Assembly (NCBI GenBank): GCA_008369845.1
Contig: MRSU01004800.1
Span: 1 to 59,638, forward strand
Reading direction: 5' to 3'
Origin: Trichomonas gallinae
Taxonomy: Eukaryota
Length of the DNA stretch: 59,638 nucleotides
The position numbers and the translations under genes were made by a program. Positions within the stretch are counted from its first letter, which is position 1; every line of letters begins with the position of its first letter. Shown here piece after piece: positions 31,774-40,745 of this stretch. The notes under the pieces were generated by a model. That model saw only the letters and a program-made list of their open reading frames with translations. It did not search any database and had not been told where the DNA came from.

Positions 31774-31870
31774 TGTCGTGTAAATATTTAATTTGCTATG
31801 TAAAATGATCTAAAATATTTTGTCATATAAATCAATAATATGTCATGTAAATTAATATTTTGCTATGTAA
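31774..31870 (+). promoter_or_regulatory. Cluster of TGTCRTGTAAA / TGCTATGTAA motifs
   Basis: Five related motifs within 100 bp, upstream of ATG 31979, with an exact TGTCATGTAAA at 31841. Confidence 0.5.
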
Positions 31871-31978
31871 TTATAACCTTAATATTGTTTTCGCAAAATT
31901 TAATTAAATTTATGGTTTTTAGGTATCGGAAAATCCAAATCCACCAACAAAATCAAAATTGGTGATCAAAAAACAAAA

Positions 31979-33043
31979 ATGTCGATTAGCTTGGAAGAGT
32001 TTATGCGAGTTCAACAAGAGTTGATTCGCTTAAAAGAAGAAAAACATAACCTAACGGAACAGCTTAAGTCAGCTTCGTCATCCAGCCAGACTTTTCTTAA
32101 GTCTTTGTTCTCAGGAAATGATGCAACCATCATAGAAAGGCTTCAGAAAGAAGAATCTGAGCTTAAATCAACCCTGGCGAAGCTTAGAGAACAGATCAAT
32201 ACATTAAATGATCAATGCCGTGGAGTTGATCAAACAATTTTGAATGTCGATCAAGTAGCAGCGATTGAGAGTCTTTTCCAGACAAAGAAACGCGAATTAA
32301 TCAGAATGAAATCTCTTAATGAGACAGCTTTATCGGATTTAGAAGAAGAAGTCGAATTGGCGAAAAATCTCTGCGAATCTCTCGAAAGCGGACGCGCATC
32401 CTTTGCAAGAGAGAAGGAAAACATTATGAACTCCATTGTATCCCTTCAATCATCAAAACAAACAATAGAATCTCGTATTAATGACTTAAATACAATTAAT
32501 TCCCAATTGAAGGAAGATTTGGGCCTTAGATCTACAGTTGATGAGAATTATGCAGAACTTGCAGCTCAAATCGACCAATGGCAAGAAAAATTACAAAATT
32601 TAGAGCTCGAATATAAAGAAATTACAAATGAATACGACAGCCAAGAGAAACAGCTCAGAATCATCGAAGAAAGTAAAGCAGCTGAATGTAACAACATCAA
32701 AGACCAGCAACAGAAACAAGCCCAGGAATGCGAAGCTCAATTAAAAACTCTAAAGAAGGAATTATCAACATTAAAAGCACGTGGCCATGCCGATGAAACA
32801 GTCACAATTGATATCGATGAGTTAATTGCTGAAAATGACCAGTTGCAGGCTAGATACAATGAATTAGTCAGACAAAAGAAAGAATTAAACACAATTGTTA
32901 ACAGAAACCAAACAGACTGTGCTTACTTAGCGAACTGGATTAAAACAGAAGGAAAATCTCATTTACAGCCAGAAATGTCTTACAAACAACTTCAACAATT
33001 ATTAGAAAAGAAAGAAGCAGAACTTAAACAAGCTCAGCATTGA
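31979..33043 (+). CDS. Coiled-coil protein with GRIPAP1/GRASP-1-like N-terminus
   Basis: Heptad-rich throughout. SLEEFMRVQQELIRLKEEKHNLTEQLK resembles the GRIPAP1 start as I recall it; the family call is tentative. Confidence 0.7.
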   Translation: MSISLEEFMRVQQELIRLKEEKHNLTEQLKSASSSSQTFLKSLFSGNDATIIERLQKEESELKSTLAKLREQINTLNDQCRGVDQTILNVDQVAAIESLFQTKKRELIRMKSLNETALSDLEEEVELAKNLCESLESGRASFAREKENIMNSIVSLQSSKQTIESRINDLNTINSQLKEDLGLRSTVDENYAELAAQIDQWQEKLQNLELEYKEITNEYDSQEKQLRIIEESKAAECNNIKDQQQKQAQECEAQLKTLKKELSTLKARGHADETVTIDIDELIAENDQLQARYNELVRQKKELNTIVNRNQTDCAYLANWIKTEGKSHLQPEMSYKQLQQLLEKKEAELKQAQH

Positions 33044-33743
33044 TATTTTCGCTCAAAATTGTAATATATTGTTTATAATAAAATTATTTCCGCTATTTCA
33101 CAACTTATTTCAAATCTTTTAAAATTCAATGTTCAAAAAAATAATGATTATTCAATAGACTATATTGTTATTTTATTCTAATGTGTATATTAAATAGTAT
33201 TTTGTGATTATTATTGATAAATCTTGTTATGAATTTTTGATTTCAACTTTGATTTGGTAATTTTTTAAAGATGATATAGAAATTATAATGTGAATGAATT
33301 TACATAGTTCTATATAAATGATTTTATCAGTATAACACATCTAAACACATATTTAAATCTTTTGAAATTAGTATAAATATTATTACATTATTATAGAAGA
33401 TTCATCTCATGCATATGAAACATAAATCAATAGCATGTATGTTATTCACTTATCATTTTTAACATTTACACAATATATATTCTTCAAATCAATCTAATCA
33501 TAAAATAAAACCGAGTTCAGAGGTTTTAATAGCATATACAAATAATATAGATGAATATAGATAAAATGATTAGTAACTCGCATGTATATTATTGATATGT
33601 AAAGAAATAAATTAGATTTTTGATAAAAATGTAATATGAAAGTGAATTCTTGTATATTAGGCTATATTATATATGAATATCAACTAATTTTGATAAAATT
33701 TTAATTGAGGGGAAAATAATCGTCATAAAAACATCAAACGTTA

Positions 33744-35195
33744 ATGGATTTGGAGGAGTCTTCGAATCTCGAAAATCTCAAATCCATACATAAGCCAGAG
33801 TTCATGGACGAGCTTGAGGACATCCCAGAGACCATCAAACCGAAGCAGGTTTCCCAATTCTACACGATTGTCTTAAATCATTTTGAGAATGAAATCCCTG
33901 AGGAAATTGGGAGGGCAATTTTAGGAACAATCGCAAAGATTATATGCATTGATGAGTACCTTAATATTTTCATTCAAACAAAGAGCCATTTAAGACTTCC
34001 TTATAAAAAGAAACAATTCGTTTCAGATATTTACGATATTTTGTTTGTCATCGTTACAGCAGCACCTATAGCATACGAGGAGAACCTCAGCAGAGCATTT
34101 GGTGGAATAATTCGCAGAGACCCATCAAAAGCGTTAACTTTGCTCGCTATGTACTCACAGCACTTCAACGAAATTGACAACCCATGGCCAATGGTTGACT
34201 TGCTCATACAAGAAGCTCACAGATTCCAAGGAATCGAGACGGCAACGAATTTCGCGACATTACTCGCATTTTTATGCAGAAAATATCCAGACTACTGCGA
34301 GGGAAGAAGTGAACACTGCTGGAGAAAGATCAGCGCTTTATTAGCACTTAAAGATATTCCAACACTGAAAAGTGTCTATTGCGCTTTGTTTTCTATCACA
34401 GAAGTCTACAAAGAAGCAGTTTCTCCACTTGAATTGATGAAGCCACACTTAAAAATCAGAGATCTTCAAGATTCAGTTTTGACTTTGTTACTTGCAGCTC
34501 CTCCAGTCGGAAAAGATACACGCGATAAAGTTCTTCTTCAGACACTCTGCCAGATGGGTGAAAGAAACAAGAATGCAACGCTTGTTTTGATGAGAATTGC
34601 AACAGATAATTCTTTCGCGGAATTTCTCATCCAAAACGCTGGATTATGGATGACCAAGGAACTCCCTTCTGTTATTGATACAATGAGACTCTTCTTTGTC
34701 GTTTTTGCGCACGTTGAATTAAGAAATTCGATTTCTGAGTCTCCTAAGTTTATTGAGTTCCTTAAGATGGTCACAGAAGGAGGATCCGGATCAACATTAT
34801 CAATGATTTGCACAATTATTCGAAGAATTGAAATTAGCGAAGATTTTATTGCAGCATTATCAGAAACCGGTTTCTTGGGAGCCTTCTTTACCACAGCTGT
34901 ACACATTTCTAATATCACAGCAATGCACGCAGCATTTTTGATGCTTGATACTTTGGCAAAGATTGGTTATGCACGCGAATACCTTAAGATGTGCGAAATA
35001 GTTGCCAAGACAGTACAAGACAGAGGCGAACTTGCTGAAGTTGCAACTCTCGTTGCAATTCAATTATGTGAATATAAGAGATGCGTACAAGTGTTTAAGA
35101 AAGTTAGATTAGATGAGTTTATGAAGAGGAACCTATCCAATTCTAAACTCAAAGTCAATGCAGCTAAGTTTTTGGATGCAATTGCGGATGATTGA
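33744..35195 (+). CDS. ARM/HEAT-like helical repeat protein
   Basis: 483-aa ORF with good codon bias, amphipathic helices and no catalytic motif seen. Confidence 0.85.
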   Translation: MDLEESSNLENLKSIHKPEFMDELEDIPETIKPKQVSQFYTIVLNHFENEIPEEIGRAILGTIAKIICIDEYLNIFIQTKSHLRLPYKKKQFVSDIYDILFVIVTAAPIAYEENLSRAFGGIIRRDPSKALTLLAMYSQHFNEIDNPWPMVDLLIQEAHRFQGIETATNFATLLAFLCRKYPDYCEGRSEHCWRKISALLALKDIPTLKSVYCALFSITEVYKEAVSPLELMKPHLKIRDLQDSVLTLLLAAPPVGKDTRDKVLLQTLCQMGERNKNATLVLMRIATDNSFAEFLIQNAGLWMTKELPSVIDTMRLFFVVFAHVELRNSISESPKFIEFLKMVTEGGSGSTLSMICTIIRRIEISEDFIAALSETGFLGAFFTTAVHISNITAMHAAFLMLDTLAKIGYAREYLKMCEIVAKTVQDRGELAEVATLVAIQLCEYKRCVQVFKKVRLDEFMKRNLSNSKLKVNAAKFLDAIADD

Positions 35196-35755
35196 TATTT
35201 TATTTTTCAATTTGATCGTAAAGCAGATGTTTATATAAATTCACAGCTGACACAAGCTATACCTCTTTATTTCTATGATTTTGATATCATCCAAAAAAAT
35301 ATTCTGTTTTATAATAAAAAAGCATGAAAAGAAACAAAATTTAGGCTGATTTATAAGGAGGCAAGAAGAGTTTCGTGTAATTATTCATGAATTGATAAAA
35401 ATCAAATATTTGCAAATTTACTTCTATTTCTACTTCGTTATAAGATGTGGTAAAGTTGAATTAAAGAATAATTTGTTCTTTGATCAAATTATCAAATTTT
35501 TGAATATCGAATATCTAAGAATTGGGCTTCGTTAGAAATAAAATTAGCTTAATTATGTCAATCATAGTGTGTATGCATTACGAATATTACTATTACAGGC
35601 AAATTTATCTTCATCAATAATTTATCTGACCAATTTATTAAAATTTTATATTATATGGATAATTTATAAGATGTAGCATCAAAATATCAATAAACAAAAG
35701 CAAAAATTTAAAAATCATCTGAACTATTTTCTTGTCACTTTTTAAAATTGTTCAA

Positions 35756-36664
35756 ATGAATCAACTTCTTCGCAACGCGGGCTTAATGGGAAGACAACAG
35801 GAAAAGATCCACCTCGATACAGGCGAGACAGTCTACATCAGTGGATTGGCTTTGCTTAAAATGCTCAAGCACGGAAAACAAGGAATTCCAATCGAAGTTA
35901 TCGGCCTTATGCTTGGAAGCTTCATTGATGATTACACAATTCAAGTCGTCGATGTTTTTGCTACACCACAAACCGCTAATGGCACAAGTGTCGAAGCCAT
36001 TGATGATAAATTCCAGCCAGCGATGTTAGAATTACTTAAGCAGGTCGGCAGACCAGAAAATGTCGTCGGATGGTACCACTCCCACCCAGGCTATGGCGTT
36101 TTCTTGTCCAGCATCGATGTTGAGATGCAGAGAAACTTCGAAAAATTAAATCCAAGGTGCGTCGCTGTTGTTGTCGATCCAGTTCGTTCTGTTCGCGGTA
36201 AAGTTGTTATCGCCGCTTTCAGATCAGTTCCTGAAATGAATGCTCTGACAAATGCTGAAACACGTGAAACCACATCTTTCACATTCTCAACATACGCAGC
36301 TACAAGCCATTTCCATCATCCAGAGAAGACTTATTATCAGATGTCTATTTCGTACAAGATGTCTGCCTTCGAGGAAAATATGCTCAAGTCCCTCAACAGA
36401 CCAGAGTGGTCCACTGGATTTAAGTCGACCAACTTTGATGATGAGGATCAAAAGAATACCGAATTTATGAAAGGAATCAAGCAGTGCCTTTCAAACTACA
36501 AGGAAGACATTGCTACCGAAGAAAAAATGTCAAAGAGAGATTATTCGATCCGCTATGTCGGAAAAGTCGATCCACGTGAATTCGTTCGCACAAATTCCGA
36601 AGATATATCAGCTCATGCATCTTCCCAATTATTCCGTACAAATTTGAATGCTACAACATTCTAA
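35756..36664 (+). CDS. RPN11: 26S proteasome lid deubiquitinase Rpn11 (JAMM/MPN+)
   Basis: DTGETVYISGLALLKMLKHG, PIEVIGLMLG, GRPENVVGWYHSHPGYG..LS.ID and VGKVDP. ATG at 35756; Inr TCACT at 35735. Confidence 0.95.
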   Translation: MNQLLRNAGLMGRQQEKIHLDTGETVYISGLALLKMLKHGKQGIPIEVIGLMLGSFIDDYTIQVVDVFATPQTANGTSVEAIDDKFQPAMLELLKQVGRPENVVGWYHSHPGYGVFLSSIDVEMQRNFEKLNPRCVAVVVDPVRSVRGKVVIAAFRSVPEMNALTNAETRETTSFTFSTYAATSHFHHPEKTYYQMSISYKMSAFEENMLKSLNRPEWSTGFKSTNFDDEDQKNTEFMKGIKQCLSNYKEDIATEEKMSKRDYSIRYVGKVDPREFVRTNSEDISAHASSQLFRTNLNATTF

Positions 36665-36956
36665 TAACTATTAAAAATGTTATTAATAATTTTTATATCT
36701 ATTTACTAAACATACAACCTTACCATTTAAATATTAGCTTTTTTGGTTATCTAAAATCAATTTATTTTTTATTTTGATAAAATCAATATCTTAAATAATC
36801 AATAAATTTTAGATTTTGATTGATAATTTAATTATATTCAATGAATATTGTTGATATTTTAGGTTTAAATGGCTGAAAATCAATAAAATAGTTTTTTGTC
36901 ATGTAAAACAGGAATAAGGTCATAAATTTTGAAAATGTTTGGTTGATTTTATAAAA

Positions 36957-37262
36957 ATGAATGATTTTTCAGCTTTAGCGAGCGAACTTCAAAATATTGC
37001 CGCAGAAAGTCAGCCAGCCGAAAATCCAGAGCAGCAGGAGAAACTTGTAGACACTCAAGTTCGTTCTGCTCCAATAGATCCAAGTGATCATCTTGCTGAG
37101 ATCGAAATGATGACGAAAAAGGCAGAAATTGCAAAGAAGGCAAGTCTTAGAAAGGCTAAGAAGAAAGAACACTTCCAAGGACTTTACGAAAAGAAAGCTG
37201 CAAAAGATCGTGCCAATCGCTTAGATATGAAGAAGAGTTCTAGGATGGGTAAGAAGAAATAA
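36957..37262 (+). CDS. Small protein with a highly basic C-terminus
   Basis: 101 aa from AAAAATG at 36957 with a Lys/Arg-rich tail. TGTCATGTAAA motif lies upstream at 36897. Confidence 0.8.
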   Translation: MNDFSALASELQNIAAESQPAENPEQQEKLVDTQVRSAPIDPSDHLAEIEMMTKKAEIAKKASLRKAKKKEHFQGLYEKKAAKDRANRLDMKKSSRMGKKK

Positions 37263-37504
37263 GATACTTCTCATTCATTTTAGTTTAATTTTCGTATTTA
37301 ATAATTTAATAATCAAGGATATAGAGATTTTTTAATAAAGTTTTATTTGTTCATCAACCAATAATTATCATATCAATATCCATTTTTCTTCAAAATGCAA
37401 ATATTTATTTTGGGATTAAAAATTATATATTGAGCTTTGTTAATCAAAATTTACCGTAAATATAACAAAATTTTCAGTGTTTGTAAATCATTTTTTGTAG
37501 ATGG

Positions 37505-40132
37505 ATGGAATATGAAAATTTTATTTGCGTTGTTCAAAATATGTTAAAAGGATCTGATGTCAGAGAAGAGTCTGAGGTCATATACCATCAGTTTTTAACT
37601 ACAAATCTTCCAGATGCGTTGAACTTTTTATTGAATATGTTAGATAATGATTTATTATGCAAAGAATCATTAGTACTTATGCTTTCATTGTTTTCAGTTC
37701 GCAATATTCGATTCATTCGTCAATATATCCCTCAGATTAATGAAATTTTGATCCAAATTTCATTAAAAATATGTATACAACCGAATATTATTCAAGTATA
37801 TCCATCAATTTCATCAGAAGTATTCGCCAAAGTATTTACTTACTTTTTAATCGAAATAATTGAAAATCCAATTCAATATCTCATAAAAATTTACCAAACA
37901 AGTCAACAGGTAAAGAGAATTGTGCTAATAACCATGAGTTGGCTACTTAAACTCGATAAAATACAAATAGAAGAAATATTTGATTTTGCATTTCAAGAAA
38001 TTTCATTAATTTACAGTCAACCATATGATAAAATTGTTGACAGTGCTTCATTTCTTCTCACTACAATATTGAACAAGCAAAATATTGAGAAATTACAGCA
38101 ATTCTCAGAAAATTTAATCATTTTATTTGAAACTGTTCCAGTTGAGCGTTTAAAAATATTCATATCAGATCTAAACGACATTTATATTGCATATCCATCA
38201 TTCTTCTCGTTGATTTACCTTCAGTTATTGCAACATTTATTAAATATTATTTCAAATGCGAGTTTTCCTTATGAAGCTCGCAGTGCAGCATTATGTTTCA
38301 TTGGTGATATAATTACAAATGATACAGAATGGATTTCAGAAATAATTCAAGAATTATTTAATTCTTGTGCTCAAATCATAATAAATGAAGTAACAAATGA
38401 TGCAGAAAACAATTATGTCGTAAATAACTGCAAGGATGTAATTTCTGATATGATATATGAACTAGATAATGAAGAATTTAATAATTTTGTGTTACAAGTC
38501 GCAGAACAATCAATTTCAGGATATGAATGGCAGCATAACTATTTAGGACTGGTGCTGATCACTATATTGTCACAAAATGAGGCAGTTTGCCTTCAAGAAA
38601 ATTTTGAAAATATTATTCGAACAGTTATTTCAGGTTTAGACTCAGAAATACCCATAATTTGGCTCCAAGTTCTAAATTTCCTTCAAATAAAGAACGATTT
38701 ATTTGAAGATTACGCAGAAAATTTCATTAATTCTTCAATTGAAGCAATGAACAAATTTAGCGATGAAGACTTATTACTGGAGTACTTAGAAGCAATAGAA
38801 ACACAAATTTCTTTATCAAAAGCAGCTACAGAAGAAAATATTTCGAATTTATCAATTTTAATTCATGCAACTGTTTCTTGTCCTTCATTAATACACCAAA
38901 CGCTCAGAGTCATCAAAAAAATGGTTGAAACGATGACAGATTTGTTTTTCCAGAATTTTAATCAATTTCAAGATATAATCGCTGAAGCCTTAACAAATCT
39001 CAATTTTGTTGTTGATGGAGCTGAAATAATCAAAACAATGTCAACAAAAACAAGTGAAATCCCATTAATTGAAATATTTTGCCAAACTTTGCTTGAAATC
39101 GATTTTGAGTCTATGCAACTCCTTGATCTCCTCTTTTTGATTAATGTTGCAGCAAAATTAAACGTTTTTAACAACTTTCCAGATCAAATTGAAAAATTTG
39201 CAATTTTCTTGCTTAATATTGCAAATATGGACTTGCTTCCACTCGCTGAAGATGAAGCAGCAGCATCCACAATTATTATAGAATCAGGCTCAATTTCTTT
39301 CCAATTTGATGAAGAAAAACACAAAATTCTTCATTTGTCGCTGAAAACTTTGCGAAATTTCGTTTCAATTTGTCCACAAGCGTTTAATCCACAGATAATC
39401 TACGAAATTTCATTTAAACACATGAAATCTCTGTTCGAAGATGTCGAAATTCGATCTGTTAAACTTTTATCGGTTTTAACGAAATATGAGGACGGCCAAA
39501 ACGTTATTCTTGACTTTTTCAGGGAGGCTGTTTACTCTACAGTTGCATCTCGGCTTTGCCAGTCAGAATTATTAAATGTTTTAGAAGATATAAGAGAACT
39601 ATGCGAAAATTCACTTGATTACATCAACATATTCATTACAGTCTGCCATAATTTTGTCATTTTTAATCAAGACAAAGAAGAAAATGATAACAATATAATA
39701 TCTCATTGTATATATGATCTTGTTATGCATATGTCACAATTCATCAATGAAGATGTTTATAACAGCATTGCAAATTCTTTTCCATTGAATAATTCGCCAG
39801 AAAGTCTTTTAATTTGGTCAACTCTATGTAGATTCAATTTACAGACAGCCGAGTCCATTATTAGCATTGCTGAAGAGCTATCAAACAATGTTAAAGATAG
39901 ACAAACAGTAGCAACAGCTTTGTTTACGATTATTTCAACAATTGATAATTACAACGCCGAAAGAATACTAAATATTGCTATTTCGATGATAGATAACGAA
40001 GAGAAGCTAGAAGAGAATAGTTCTGACTGCAATTTGCTTGCTTATAGAATTTGCAAAAATATTATCGAGAAAACAGGAATATCATCTCCATATATCCTTG
40101 AAATTCTTCAAAATGTAGAAAACACATTCTAA
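37505..40132 (+). CDS. Divergent importin-beta/karyopherin-like HEAT-repeat protein
   Basis: 875 aa, acidic and helical. N-terminal VREESE and YEWQHNYLGLVLITIL resemble importin-4/5 HEAT repeats. Inr TCATT at 37488. Confidence 0.7.
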   Translation: MEYENFICVVQNMLKGSDVREESEVIYHQFLTTNLPDALNFLLNMLDNDLLCKESLVLMLSLFSVRNIRFIRQYIPQINEILIQISLKICIQPNIIQVYPSISSEVFAKVFTYFLIEIIENPIQYLIKIYQTSQQVKRIVLITMSWLLKLDKIQIEEIFDFAFQEISLIYSQPYDKIVDSASFLLTTILNKQNIEKLQQFSENLIILFETVPVERLKIFISDLNDIYIAYPSFFSLIYLQLLQHLLNIISNASFPYEARSAALCFIGDIITNDTEWISEIIQELFNSCAQIIINEVTNDAENNYVVNNCKDVISDMIYELDNEEFNNFVLQVAEQSISGYEWQHNYLGLVLITILSQNEAVCLQENFENIIRTVISGLDSEIPIIWLQVLNFLQIKNDLFEDYAENFINSSIEAMNKFSDEDLLLEYLEAIETQISLSKAATEENISNLSILIHATVSCPSLIHQTLRVIKKMVETMTDLFFQNFNQFQDIIAEALTNLNFVVDGAEIIKTMSTKTSEIPLIEIFCQTLLEIDFESMQLLDLLFLINVAAKLNVFNNFPDQIEKFAIFLLNIANMDLLPLAEDEAAASTIIIESGSISFQFDEEKHKILHLSLKTLRNFVSICPQAFNPQIIYEISFKHMKSLFEDVEIRSVKLLSVLTKYEDGQNVILDFFREAVYSTVASRLCQSELLNVLEDIRELCENSLDYINIFITVCHNFVIFNQDKEENDNNIISHCIYDLVMHMSQFINEDVYNSIANSFPLNNSPESLLIWSTLCRFNLQTAESIISIAEELSNNVKDRQTVATALFTIISTIDNYNAERILNIAISMIDNEEKLEENSSDCNLLAYRICKNIIEKTGISSPYILEILQNVENTF

Positions 40133-40280
40133 TTTTTATCAAAATCATTTTATAGAGTTTTAAAATATATTAATTATCGGTATCATTATTATTAAATTAA
40201 TTAATAATCATTTTTATGTTAAATAATATATAATAAATTATTCCAACAACAAAAATAATTATATTTAAATTATGAAACAA

Positions 40281-40495
40281 TTTTTTATACGACAACATAT
40301 CTTTTTAACAATACTACAATTTTGAAAACACCTATGATAACATAATATTAACTGTTTAAATGAAAATAATGAAAATTTTTTATTCTGATTTTTTTTTATA
40401 CGACAACATATAGTTTTGACAATATATTAATTTTGAAAACAATTATGATAGTATAATATTATATTGCTGATATTAAAATAATGAAATATTTTTTA
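40281..40495. repeat. Imperfect tandem duplication (111-bp period)
   Basis: TTTTTTATACGACAACATAT at 40281 and 40392, followed by alignable AATTTTGAAAACA..TATGATA..ATAATATTA. Confidence 0.8.
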
Positions 40496-40697
40496 TTGAA
40501 AAAAATAAATTAAGAAATTTAACAAAATCATTTATAAAACAAATACATACACATGGAATATATTGTAAATATTGTGGAGAAAATATTGGTTATTGCTTGA
40601 ATTACATTCCGAAATTTGCAAATTTCTTGATTTCGCGTATTTGGAGCCAAAACACATGCAGCAGGAAACAATCAGTCAACACTTGTTAGACATCTAC

Positions 40698-40722
40698 CCT
40701 TTTAGCAGCTGTTTTTCCCTTT
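40698..40722 (+). promoter_or_regulatory. Two CCTTT (M5-like) motifs
   Basis: CCCTTT occurs twice within 50 nt of ATG 40746. CCTTT is a described alternative initiator in T. vaginalis. Confidence 0.4.
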
Positions 40723-40745
40723 AAAAAGTGAAATCAAGCAAAAAA

